Part shown: positions 38,879 to 47,824 of the stretch, one piece after another
Layout: the number at the start of each line of letters is the position of its first letter
How positions within the stretch are numbered: position 1 is the first letter of the stretch
Source: a bacterium
GTDB taxonomy: Bacteria > Patescibacteriota > UBA1384 > 2-12-FULL-50-11
DNA length: 64,000 bases
NCBI GenBank assembly: GCA_021463485.1
Contig: JAJTYJ010000003.1
Coordinates: forward strand, 23,292 to 87,291
Direction of reading: 5' to 3'
Position numbers and translations under genes: made by a program
Notes under the pieces: model-generated
What the model saw: only the letters and a program-made list of their open reading frames with translations
The model's database searches: none
What the model was told of the DNA's origin: nothing

Positions 38879-41292
38879 AGCAAAAGCTGCGAACGCAATC
38901 GATTCTCTTTTTCGACTCAACAACTATATTGGTTATTAGAATATTTTCGCACTTCTTGGGCGCTGTGAGCGTGCTGCTAATCATCGCGGCCTTGTTTTTC
39001 GAGCTTTCCCCGGCTGTTATCGGGCTAGCAGTCTTATTTACGACGCCATCGGTTCTATTTCTTGGTTACGGTTGGTATATTAACTTCCTTAAAATTAACC
39101 CAAGTTACGGGCTAACTTCGCGAGATCTCGAGTTGCCAGAGAACAGGTTGGATTTTGCGGTTTGGGAAGCGGTACTAGCAATGCAAAAAGGCGGTTGGAG
39201 CGGTTTTTGGCGGCGCATCAGCAGTGATGTTAATGCCCTGGAAGTATTATTGCGCCTACAGCTTTCCGAGGCTAAGTTAATAGAACTTTTTGAGAGCAAG
39301 GTGTCGAGTGGTGATTTAACTTCTGTACTAATCCGGGAAGTTGGGCAAACAATTAACGATGGCTCGGTGGGGACGGTTTTTGATCTTCTTTCGATTACGC
39401 TAAGTCACCAGGAATTTGCGCCACATTTTACAGCGCTAAAAATCTCTCCCGAAGAAGTTGAGCAGTTAATTGGGTACTATCGGGATCGACACGCACGGTT
39501 TCGCGCTCGACAGTTGTTTTGGCTTCATCCAGAACTGGCTAGAACCGGCGGATTTGCTGCTGGTTGGGCGTTGAGTTATACATCGACACTTGATCGATTT
39601 ACAGAAGAAATTACCTCCTCGATTAAATTCCATACCGAGCAGACGCCGTTATTTTCTCGATCGAGCGTTGTTGACTTAGTAATTTCTGAGCTCCAAAAAC
39701 AATCGAACCACAACGTATTGCTCGTAGGAGAAGAGGGGAGCGGGCGCAAAGAAATCTTTTATCACGTTGCGGATAAGCTTCTGCACTACCAATCAAATAC
39801 GCCGCTCGACGGCATCCAGGTACGGCTTCTCGACTCCGCGCGGTTAGTTGCGGCAACTGATAGCGTCGAACACTTACAGCAATTACTTGATCAAATTTTT
39901 ACGGAGATCAGTCGCTCGGGAAGAATTGTACTATTTATCGATCAACTCGAATCGTTACTTTCGGACAACAGCGTCGGAACAGTGAATCTGAGCCAGGTGT
40001 TAGCGAAATATCTTCAAGACGAGCGGATCCACATCGTCGCTACAATACAAACTAAAACTTACGTCACGCAAATTAAACCTGACGCTACGCTCGCTTCAAT
40101 TTGGGCAAAAATAGATATCGCGCCGCCTCCTAGTGCCGATTTACCGCTAATTATACTCTCCCATATCGCCCGCATTGAAAACCGTTACGACGTCTTCTTT
40201 AGCTATACTGCCTTGCGAGCGGTTACGCAGCTCTCCGGTCAGTATCTAACCGACTTACCTTCACCTGAGCGTGAGTTGATGATTACCGAGGAAGTAGCGG
40301 CGCGCAATCACGGTGAAAATAACCGAATTGTTGAGCCAAACGCTGTCACGAAGGTGATCGAGCAAAAAAGCGGAGTGCCGATAGAAGTCGGTGAGTCGGA
40401 AAAAGTGAAGCTCCAAGATCTGCCAAACATTCTCCATCAGCGAGTGATCGGCCAGGATGAAGCGATCCAGGCGGTGAGTGACGCTCTCTTGCGGGCTAGA
40501 GCAGGTATCGGAACGGGGAAGAAACCGCTCGGAACCTTCCTATTTCTCGGACCGACCGGGGTTGGGAAAACTGAAACAGCTCGTACGCTTGCCCAAATGT
40601 ATTTTGGCAGCCCAGATAAACTTATTCAGCTCGATATGACTGAGTACGGAGCCGAGGACGGCTTACAAAAACTACTCGGGACTGACGCGGTTTCACAGCC
40701 AGGTACGCTAACTATTGCGCTCGAAAAAAATCCGTCAGCGGTCCTTTTGTTCGACGAGTTCGAAAAGGCTCACCAGCTCGTGCAAAACACCTTACTCCAA
40801 ATCCTCGATGAGGGTAGGCTAACCACCAACTTCGGTAAGGTACTGCATTTCACCAACACAATTATTATCGCCACCAGCAACGCCGGCTCAAACTTTATTA
40901 AGCAGCAAGTTGAATCTGGACAAACAGTAAAATCCTTTAGTAAACAGCTAATCGATCAGTTAATTGCTGAGCGCGTGTTCACGCCTGAGCTTCTTAATCG
41001 TTTCGATACTGTTGCTGTTTACTCGCCGCTTTCGGCTAGCCAAATTGAGGCGATCGCAAAATTAAGAATCAACGAAACGCTCCAGAGTATCGAGCGAGAT
41101 AAAGGTATAATCGTTAGAGTTAACGATGCGGTAATTACGGAAATCGCAAAAAAGGGCTACGATCCAGTGTTCGGAGCTCGAGCTCTCTCACGAGTTATCA
41201 AATCAGAACTCGAAACTCAGATCGCTAGAAAAATTATTAGCGAGTCGCCCCAACCCGGCGCGACGCTAACCATCGATTCGCTGAGTAAGTAA
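38875..41292 (+). CDS. Membrane-anchored Clp/Hsp100-like double AAA+ ATPase
   Basis: N-terminal TMs; D1 GEEGSGRK/LFIDQ; D2 GPTGVGKT/LFDEFEKAH, PELLNRFD, FGARAL. Confidence 0.85.
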   Translation: MKQKLRTQSILFFDSTTILVIRIFSHFLGAVSVLLIIAALFFELSPAVIGLAVLFTTPSVLFLGYGWYINFLKINPSYGLTSRDLELPENRLDFAVWEAVLAMQKGGWSGFWRRISSDVNALEVLLRLQLSEAKLIELFESKVSSGDLTSVLIREVGQTINDGSVGTVFDLLSITLSHQEFAPHFTALKISPEEVEQLIGYYRDRHARFRARQLFWLHPELARTGGFAAGWALSYTSTLDRFTEEITSSIKFHTEQTPLFSRSSVVDLVISELQKQSNHNVLLVGEEGSGRKEIFYHVADKLLHYQSNTPLDGIQVRLLDSARLVAATDSVEHLQQLLDQIFTEISRSGRIVLFIDQLESLLSDNSVGTVNLSQVLAKYLQDERIHIVATIQTKTYVTQIKPDATLASIWAKIDIAPPPSADLPLIILSHIARIENRYDVFFSYTALRAVTQLSGQYLTDLPSPERELMITEEVAARNHGENNRIVEPNAVTKVIEQKSGVPIEVGESEKVKLQDLPNILHQRVIGQDEAIQAVSDALLRARAGIGTGKKPLGTFLFLGPTGVGKTETARTLAQMYFGSPDKLIQLDMTEYGAEDGLQKLLGTDAVSQPGTLTIALEKNPSAVLLFDEFEKAHQLVQNTLLQILDEGRLTTNFGKVLHFTNTIIIATSNAGSNFIKQQVESGQTVKSFSKQLIDQLIAERVFTPELLNRFDTVAVYSPLSASQIEAIAKLRINETLQSIERDKGIIVRVNDAVITEIAKKGYDPVFGARALSRVIKSELETQIARKIISESPQPGATLTIDSLSK

Positions 41293-41376
41293 TTTACAAC
41301 GAGAGATAACTTTGTTACAACTGATGACAAGTTGCAGCAAGTAGGTCGAACTGTGGAGAGTTGACAGGAGATCCAA

Positions 41377-41691
41377 ATGGCAGAAATGACTGATCAAGAA
41401 TACGTAGAAAGCATGGTTAAGCCGCTTGTTGATAACGTCGATGACGTGGTTACTACTCGTACACTCGACGAACGAGGCGTTTTAATCCAATTGACGGTAA
41501 ATCAGGCAGATATGGGGAAAGTAATCGGTCGTGATGGACGAACCGCAAAAGCAATTCGCTCGCTTCTTCGTGTCTTTGGTGCGCGTAGCAACGCACGGAT
41601 TAACTTAAAAATCGTTGAGCCAGACGGCCAAGAGGTCGCAATTCCGGAAGAAAAAGCTGCCGGAACCGAGCAAGCCACAGGCGTAATCTAA
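41377..41691 (+). CDS. khpA: KH-domain RNA-binding protein KhpA
   Basis: DMGKVIGRDGRTAKAIR. Confidence 0.9.
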   Translation: MAEMTDQEYVESMVKPLVDNVDDVVTTRTLDERGVLIQLTVNQADMGKVIGRDGRTAKAIRSLLRVFGARSNARINLKIVEPDGQEVAIPEEKAAGTEQATGVI

Positions 41692-41699
41692 AAATAAAC

Positions 41700-41732
41700 A
41701 AAGAGCGCTTCGGAGATATCGGGGCGCTTTTT
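41700..41732 (+). terminator. Intrinsic terminator
   Basis: AGCGCTTCG..CGGGGCGCT followed by a T tract. Confidence 0.65.
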
Positions 41733-41751
41733 GTGTAGGTATACTATAGCT

Positions 41752-42393
41752 ATGCAAATCGATGTTATTACGCTATTTCCGGAGATGATCAACCAAGCGT
41801 TGTCTCATTCGATACCCGCCCGGGCGCAGAAGAGTAATAAGGTAAAAGTTACGGCTCACTTCTTGCGTAACTGGGCAATCGATAAGCGTGGCACAGTTGA
41901 TGACACACCGTACGGCGGCGGTCCGGGTATGGTACTTCGAGTTGACGTTGCGCACGCAGCGTTAACAGCGGTTGATCCGCGTCACAAAGCTCATCGAGTC
42001 ATGCTTTCACCGGATGGCGACAGGCTCGACCAGAAGTTAGTTAAAACGCTGTCAGAAAAAAAGCAGTTAGTACTGTTGTGCGGCCGATACGAGGGATTTG
42101 ATGCACGAATAGAAAAATATGTCGATCAAAAAATCTCGATCGGCGACTACGTTGTAAGCGGCGGTGAGCTACCGGCACTCGTACTAATAGACGCAGTTAC
42201 CAGGTTAATACCAGGAGTTTTGGGTAACGCCGAGTCGTTAGAGCACGAAACGTTCGAGAACGACGTTACCGATTTTCCACAGTACACTCGGCCAGAAGTC
42301 TACGAAAAGGTTTCGGTACCGCCAGTTCTACTTTCCGGGCATCACGCCGAAATTACCGCCTGGCGACGATCGCAACAGACGCAAACACGTTGA
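41752..42393 (+). CDS. trmD: tRNA (guanine-N1)-methyltransferase
   Basis: VDDTPYGGGPGM, CGRYEG, SIGDYV.SGGE. Confidence 0.96.
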   Translation: MQIDVITLFPEMINQALSHSIPARAQKSNKVKVTAHFLRNWAIDKRGTVDDTPYGGGPGMVLRVDVAHAALTAVDPRHKAHRVMLSPDGDRLDQKLVKTLSEKKQLVLLCGRYEGFDARIEKYVDQKISIGDYVVSGGELPALVLIDAVTRLIPGVLGNAESLEHETFENDVTDFPQYTRPEVYEKVSVPPVLLSGHHAEITAWRRSQQTQTR

Positions 42394-42429
42394 CATCTAC
42401 CCTGTTGTTTAGGTAAGATAGACGCACGT

Positions 42430-42738
42430 ATGCGTTCACTACAAGACGAGATTCGACAAACCCAACGTGAGTTATCTTGTCCTGTCTGTGGACGTTCGTT
42501 CGATTTGCGTGATATCCGTGTTCGTTCGTATCTTGGTAATAATTCAGTTGAGCTGTCTGTGGTTTGTAGCCGCGGTCACTCACCGATCATTCTCTTGGTC
42601 CCGATTAATTTAAAAGAAGTGGCTAAGGCTGGTCCGATTACCGAGAAAGAGCTAAAAACGATTCACAAAAAAATCGACAACGTCGAAGAAAGTATTAACG
42701 AATTACTAAAAGAAAAAAATGACCGCAAAAAAGATTGA
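42430..42738 (+). CDS. Putative zinc-finger hypothetical protein
   Basis: CPVC...CSRGH; TTGACA-18-TAAGAT at 42390-42419; overlaps the rplY start. Confidence 0.6.
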   Translation: MRSLQDEIRQTQRELSCPVCGRSFDLRDIRVRSYLGNNSVELSVVCSRGHSPIILLVPINLKEVAKAGPITEKELKTIHKKIDNVEESINELLKEKNDRKKD

Positions 42739-43420
42739 ATTACAAGCCGAACGCCGAACTATTGTTGGTAAGAAAGTAAAGCGCAGTCGTGCCAAGGGCC
42801 TACTACCGGCTGTCGTTTACGGACACGGTCAAGAATCGACGCCAATTTTTATTGATGAACGCGAGTTTAAAAAAACTTATAAAGAAGCCGGTACAAGTGC
42901 ATTGATTGATCTTACGATCGACCAAGATAAGGCGATTAAGGTGCTGTTGCACGAGCCACAGGAACACTACCTCCATGGCGGGCCGGTCCACGCCGATTTC
43001 TACGCGGTAAAAATGACCGAAAAGATCGAGACTGCAATTCCGATCCACTTTACTGGCACTTCGGCAGCCGTCGAAGAGCTGGAAGGTAACTTGATTACTA
43101 ATAAGGACGAGCTTGAAATTCGCTGTCTGCCAGCTGATCTCATTCCGGCGGTTGAAGTAGATCTTTCGGCGTTGGCGACGTTTGACGATAGTATTCGTGT
43201 CAGCGATATTAAAGTACCAGAAACGATCGAAATTATGCTTGATCCCGAAGAAGTTATCGCAACTGTTGCTGCTCCGATCTCTGAAGAAGAGCTTGAAGCA
43301 GAACTAGCAACCGATACCACCGAAGCCGAAGCTGCAGCTGTTGAGGAGCTTGGCAAGGAAGAAGCTCCAGCTGAAGGTGAAGCCGCAGAAGGCGAATCGA
43401 ACGAAGAAAAATCTGAGTAA
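42719..43420 (+). CDS. rplY: 50S ribosomal protein L25/Ctc
   Basis: PAVVYG, HADF, long Ctc-type C-terminus. Confidence 0.93.
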   Translation: MTAKKIELQAERRTIVGKKVKRSRAKGLLPAVVYGHGQESTPIFIDEREFKKTYKEAGTSALIDLTIDQDKAIKVLLHEPQEHYLHGGPVHADFYAVKMTEKIETAIPIHFTGTSAAVEELEGNLITNKDELEIRCLPADLIPAVEVDLSALATFDDSIRVSDIKVPETIEIMLDPEEVIATVAAPISEEELEAELATDTTEAEAAAVEELGKEEAPAEGEAAEGESNEEKSE

Positions 43421-43432
43421 ACGCAAACTAAC

Positions 43433-43462
43433 AAAAAAACACCCGGAAGGGTGTTTTTTTGT
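43433..43462. terminator. Bidirectional terminator
   Basis: AAAAAAACACCC-GGAA-GGGTGTTTTTTT. Confidence 0.85.
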
Positions 43463-43666
43463 TTAAGTCCAAGAACTTATATCTTTAAGTGCAAATGAGC
43501 GTAACGCCTTTTTCTCTAAATCGTGCGCATCTAATAGCCACTGCGGATCAGGGTGGTACTTAGTTGAACCAAACCAAATTTTAATCGGAATAATTGCTCG
43601 TGTCCCGGTTTCTCCACGATAATTTTTATACGTAATAGTTACGGTCTGGTTGATATTATCTTGCAT
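43463..43666 (-). CDS. Stand-alone WYL-domain protein (67 aa)
   Basis: V.ITY.NYRGE..TR.I.P..WLL.AHD.EK.A.RSF.L..I. Confidence 0.75.
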   Translation of the reverse strand: MQDNINQTVTITYKNYRGETGTRAIIPIKIWFGSTKYHPDPQWLLDAHDLEKKALRSFALKDISSWT

Positions 43667-43669
43667 CTG

Positions 43670-43741
43670 AGCCGAAGGCGGGATTTGAACCCGCGACCTC
43701 TGCTTTACGAAAGCATTGCTCTACCACTGAGCTACTCCGGC
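43670..43741 (-). tRNA. tRNA-Thr(CGT)
   Basis: GCCGGAG/CTTCGGC; TGCT-TTCGTAA-AGCA. Confidence 0.93.
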
Positions 43742-43892
43742 ACAATACGAAAATTATAGCGCAATTACCCTGTAATTTCACGGGTAAACTATTTTGACTT
43801 AACTCGATATCGACTTGATTGAACCTCTTTATCGGGCGACCATCGAACCGAACGTGTTAACGCAGTTGCACATTAACACTAAGGAGAACGCG

Positions 43893-44687
43893 ATGAGCAA
43901 AACTCTTCCAGCCCCGAAACTTGCTGCCCGCCTCGGCGTCGGTAAGGTTTTCATTCCTCGGATCATGCCAAGCAAAGACTCTGAATTGCCGCGCAGTCGA
44001 GATCTGGCGATCCTAGAATCGACGCTAAAAGGAGTACTTCGTCGAGCTGCCGATTTGCGATCACAGATCCACGCCCCGGTCTTTGGGGTAGAAACGGTAG
44101 ATACCGATCAGCTACAAACCGAGCTGGAGTGGCGACTGGAATACGCGGAGCACGCGCGACGCGTACTTCTGCCGCGCATCCACAACTACCCAATTCTAAG
44201 CGCCGAACCGCTAACGTGGCGCGACGAGCAAGGTTTTCCGAAGCTGGTGATCGTTCCGATCGACAGAGCCGGAGAGGTTGAGATCAGCGCCAACCGCGAC
44301 CGCTGGCACTACCGGCCGATCGGTACTGGAAGCGACGTTGACTACGGCGATTTTGGTCAAGAGATTATCACCCCGTGTTACGAGTCGGTCGGCGAGGTAC
44401 TAAGAAAACAAGCGCCGTACGGCGGCCTGATCTCGATCAAAACGACGCTCAACGGTTTACTAATGCCGAAAAAAACACGCGAGAAAATCGCGGCAGCACG
44501 CGCCCACTTTGGCAAGCAAATCTTCCTGATCGCCGAAGCACCGCAGCCGTGGGAGATCAACGTCGTCGTGCCGCCAAAACCAGACCCATTGGTGGTTGGT
44601 TACGAGAACGGCCTACTCTTCTTGATTGACACGTTCAATATGACCCGAATCGAACGCGTCGTCGCTGCCGAATACACTCTCGGGTAA
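43893..44687 (+). CDS. Hypothetical protein
   Basis: SD AAGGAG before MSKTLP; C-terminal PDPLVVGY..LFLIDTF; terminator at 44691-44718. Confidence 0.6.
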   Translation: MSKTLPAPKLAARLGVGKVFIPRIMPSKDSELPRSRDLAILESTLKGVLRRAADLRSQIHAPVFGVETVDTDQLQTELEWRLEYAEHARRVLLPRIHNYPILSAEPLTWRDEQGFPKLVIVPIDRAGEVEISANRDRWHYRPIGTGSDVDYGDFGQEIITPCYESVGEVLRKQAPYGGLISIKTTLNGLLMPKKTREKIAAARAHFGKQIFLIAEAPQPWEINVVVPPKPDPLVVGYENGLLFLIDTFNMTRIERVVAAEYTLG

Positions 44688-44717
44688 CGTCCAACCTGCC
44701 GCGGTGCGGCAGGTTTT

Positions 44718-45488
44718 TTATTTAAGCGCTTTACGGAACGATAGAACAGTGAAGCTAACGAGGACGACAAACATTACCCCTGCAGCAATGAAGCCCTGAG
44801 TAATAGCTGGGTCACCGAAGCCGTAAAGCACCAAAGCGCGGATCGCCTCGATAATGTAGGTTACTGGATTAAGATCGGTTGCTCGTGCGAACGTCTCTGG
44901 CAGTAGCTCGCGAGGCGCAGCCGAGGTTGTAATTGATAGTAACGGGAAGACTAGCAGGAACATGGACTGAACTAGACGAGCGTTCTGTGCGCGTAAGGCA
45001 ATGATCATACCGATACAGCTCCAGGCCATAGCAAACAACATCAGGATACCGAAGATCGTTATTACACCGAGTACACCAGACTCGAAATTTACACCCCAAA
45101 GCAATAGCAGCACTAACATAATTAATCCCTGCATTATTGCTTGGAACGCTACTTCAACTAGCTTTGCTAAAACGATCGACAATTTATTGATCGGCATAAT
45201 CACCAATTTCTTGAAGTAGCCGCCAGTGATGTCTTGAACCAACTCGATACCAGCGTTACCAGCTGAGAAGAAAATTGCAGTAAAAATAGCAACCGGAGCG
45301 ATAAAGTCTTTATAGGAAACGTCCGGGAATCCGGGCACCTGAGAAAAAGCGGTTAGCGAAAGTGAGTTGACCACAAAGAAAAAGATCGGCATAAACAACG
45401 ACGGGATCAACGCCATAATCGGCCGCCAAATCAGTTTGATGTTACGGATCGAAAGGTAAAACCAGTCAGAAAAAAATGTGTTCATCAT
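44718..45488 (-). CDS. ABC-2 type exporter permease
   Basis: 6 TMs; LNPVTYIIEAIR. Confidence 0.9.
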   Translation of the reverse strand: MMNTFFSDWFYLSIRNIKLIWRPIMALIPSLFMPIFFFVVNSLSLTAFSQVPGFPDVSYKDFIAPVAIFTAIFFSAGNAGIELVQDITGGYFKKLVIMPINKLSIVLAKLVEVAFQAIMQGLIMLVLLLLWGVNFESGVLGVITIFGILMLFAMAWSCIGMIIALRAQNARLVQSMFLLVFPLLSITTSAAPRELLPETFARATDLNPVTYIIEAIRALVLYGFGDPAITQGFIAAGVMFVVLVSFTVLSFRKALK

Positions 45489-46285
45489 CTCCTCGCTCTT
45501 ATATACGGATCGCTCGCATTTTCGTTTACTTCCTCGTTGGCTAGGTTGCTACCCGTTGTTTTTAGAAAAACTTCTTCTAAGTTCTTAGACTGATGTTTTT
45601 TCTTTAACTCGTCCGGTGTACCGATTGTTACAATTTTCCCTTTATCCATTATAGCGATGCGCTCACAGAGTTGTTCCGCCTCTTCCATAAAGTGGGTGGT
45701 TAAGAAAATTGTCATACCCTGACGGTTTAATTCACGAATGTGTCCCCAAATGAGCTGTCTAGCGTGCGGATCTAGACCTTGTGTCGGCTCGTCGAGAAAT
45801 AAAATTTTTGGTTTGTGGATTAACGAGAGCGCTAGATCGAATCGACGTCGCATACCTCCGGAGTATGTAGAGGTAAACTTGTCGGCAACTTTCTCCAGTT
45901 CAACAAGCTTTAGGAGTTTACTAATCTGTTCCTTAATTTCAGCCGGTTGTAAGTGGTAGAGGCGACCGTGCAGCTCCATCATCTCGCGGGCTGTTGCTAC
46001 CTCGTCTAACCCAACTTCTTGCATCGCAAATCCAACTCGCTTATAAACTTCGTCTGCGTGTTCCGTTACCTCAAATCCGTCGATTTTAACGGAACCACTG
46101 GTTTTCTTAACTAGATTAACCAGCATATTCATTGTTGTAGATTTACCGGCGCCGTTTGGCCCTAAAAATCCGAAAAATTCGCCTTCACGAACTTGGAACG
46201 AAACACTGTCGACGGCTTTTGTGCCGCCAGGATAAACTTTTGTGAGGTTTTTTACCTCGATGATCGATTTAGTACTTTTTGGCAT
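45485..46285 (-). CDS. ABC transporter ATP-binding protein (DrrA-like)
   Basis: GPNGAGKS, YSGGMRRR, LDEPT, TTH. Confidence 0.93.
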   Translation of the reverse strand: MPKSTKSIIEVKNLTKVYPGGTKAVDSVSFQVREGEFFGFLGPNGAGKSTTMNMLVNLVKKTSGSVKIDGFEVTEHADEVYKRVGFAMQEVGLDEVATAREMMELHGRLYHLQPAEIKEQISKLLKLVELEKVADKFTSTYSGGMRRRFDLALSLIHKPKILFLDEPTQGLDPHARQLIWGHIRELNRQGMTIFLTTHFMEEAEQLCERIAIMDKGKIVTIGTPDELKKKHQSKNLEEVFLKTTGSNLANEEVNENASDPYIRARR

Positions 46286-46291
46286 TAATTT

Positions 46292-46332
46292 AGTATGAAC
46301 GATCAATTCATGTGTGTAAAGGAGCCTTTACA
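46292..46332 (-). promoter_or_regulatory. ABC exporter promoter with overlapping 18-bp palindromic operator candidate
   Basis: TTTACA-17-CATACT; TGTAAAGG-AG-CCTTTACA at 46315-46332. Confidence 0.55.
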
Positions 46333-46416
46333 TAGACGAGAGTTTGGAACTATTGACGAAACCAGCACGGGATTTTGGTAATTATTGGCCTATTTGCCAA
46401 TGATACTCGTGCGCGA

Positions 46417-46533
46417 TGAGGGTACTGTAAGCCCATGGTTAATGTAGTGTTGGTAGCGTTCGAAAAGCATCAGGACGATCATCCAACTTGACGAGGCGGC
46501 GCAGGACATCGTGAACCGTAGTGTTCCACCTCA
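46417..46533 (+). ncRNA. Candidate rod-shaped structured RNA (6S-like?)
   Basis: Nested pairings TGAGG/CCTCA, ATGGTT/AACCGT, ATGT/ACAT, GTGTTG/CGGCGC; no ORF; strong hairpin downstream. Confidence 0.35.
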
Positions 46534-46537
46534 ACTC

Positions 46538-46577
46538 TAGCAAATACCCCCAGGCGACGACCCTGGGGTATTTGCTA
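46538..46577. terminator. Strong hairpin downstream of tRNA-Gly
   Basis: TAGCAAATACCCC..GGGGTATTTGCTA. Confidence 0.7.
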
Positions 46578-46582
46578 TCTAG

Positions 46583-46654
46583 AGCGGGAGACGGGGTTCG
46601 AACCCGCGACCTCTTCCTTGGGAAGGAAGCATTCTACCACTGAACTACTCCCGC
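46583..46654 (-). tRNA. tRNA-Gly(CCC)
   Basis: GCGGGAG/CTCCCGC; CTTCC-TTCCCAA-GGAAG. Confidence 0.95.
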
Positions 46655-46804
46655 ATTTTGACCAGATTGTATCACGCTCCAGGTTCGTCTCCAAAGCGTG
46701 CAGGGTAAGGGGGTGTGGGGGTTTAGGGGCTGCCTCGCAGTTAAGCCCCTCTACCCCCACATTTACTCTTTATAAATTGATAATATTCTCGTACATTAAT
46801 ACCA

Positions 46805-47818
46805 ATGAGGGGAAAGATTGTCTTTTTTGAAGTTGACCAGTACGAACAAGAACTTTTTCGGGAGAAATTAAGTGGCGAAGGCGAGCTCGTGTTTTACCCA
46901 CACCGCTTAACGCACGACAACATTGACGAAGCCAAACCCGCCGATTACATCGTCAGTTTTATCTATTCTGACCTTTCGGATCGAATGTTAGACCAACTCC
47001 CAAACCTCAAAGGTATCGCTACGATGTCGGTTGGGACGGATCATATCGGGCTCGAAGAAACAACCAGACGCTCTATCCCGGTCTGCAACGTGCCAGCCTA
47101 CGGGCCAAACACTGTTGCTGAACACGCCGCCGCACTACTCTTGGCGCTTTCGCGACGGATCGTTGAGTCTGTCGATCGAACCCGAGAAGGTGTTTACGAG
47201 TACACTGGCTTAACGGGGTGGGACTTAAAAGGAAAAACGATAGGTATTGTTGGTACCGGCAAGATCGGGGCTCACGTGGCGCGTATTGCCAACGGCTTTG
47301 AGATGAAGATTATCGCCTACGACCCACACCCAAATACCGAGCTAACAGAAAAATACGGCGTCGAATTTATGGAGATGCCGCAGCTTCTCCATCGATCCGA
47401 CGTTGTTACGTTACACGTTCCGCTCACGCCAGAAACTAAACATATGATCGGCCAAGAACAATTTTCGCAGATGAAACCGGGCATGGTACTCATTAATACC
47501 GCTCGTGGCGCCCTAATAGACCCAAACGCGTTACTTGATGCGCTCGAGAAGGGTGTAATCTCACAGGCAGGCATCGATGTACTAGAAGACGAAGGCATAC
47601 TAAAAGAAGAGAAAGAGTTCTTCTCCAGCTACTTCAAGCTCCAAGATTATCAAACGGCGTTAGCGAATCATGCCTTAATGAGACACCCGAAAGTAATCGT
47701 CACGCCTCATAACGCTTTTAATAGTAAAGAAGCGTTACAGAATATTACTCAAACGACGGTCGATAACATTAAGGGGATGTTAAGCGGCGATCGTGTTAAT
47801 CAAGTTAATCACACCTGA
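46805..47818 (+). CDS. D-2-hydroxyacid (D-lactate) dehydrogenase
   Basis: VAEH, GTGKIG, INTARG, TPHNAF. Confidence 0.88.
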   Translation: MRGKIVFFEVDQYEQELFREKLSGEGELVFYPHRLTHDNIDEAKPADYIVSFIYSDLSDRMLDQLPNLKGIATMSVGTDHIGLEETTRRSIPVCNVPAYGPNTVAEHAAALLLALSRRIVESVDRTREGVYEYTGLTGWDLKGKTIGIVGTGKIGAHVARIANGFEMKIIAYDPHPNTELTEKYGVEFMEMPQLLHRSDVVTLHVPLTPETKHMIGQEQFSQMKPGMVLINTARGALIDPNALLDALEKGVISQAGIDVLEDEGILKEEKEFFSSYFKLQDYQTALANHALMRHPKVIVTPHNAFNSKEALQNITQTTVDNIKGMLSGDRVNQVNHT

Positions 47819-47824
47819 GTCGCA

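Noticed and set aside
46575-46830. ORFs 46575-46760 and 46618-46830
   Set aside because: They overlap tRNA-Gly and a hairpin.
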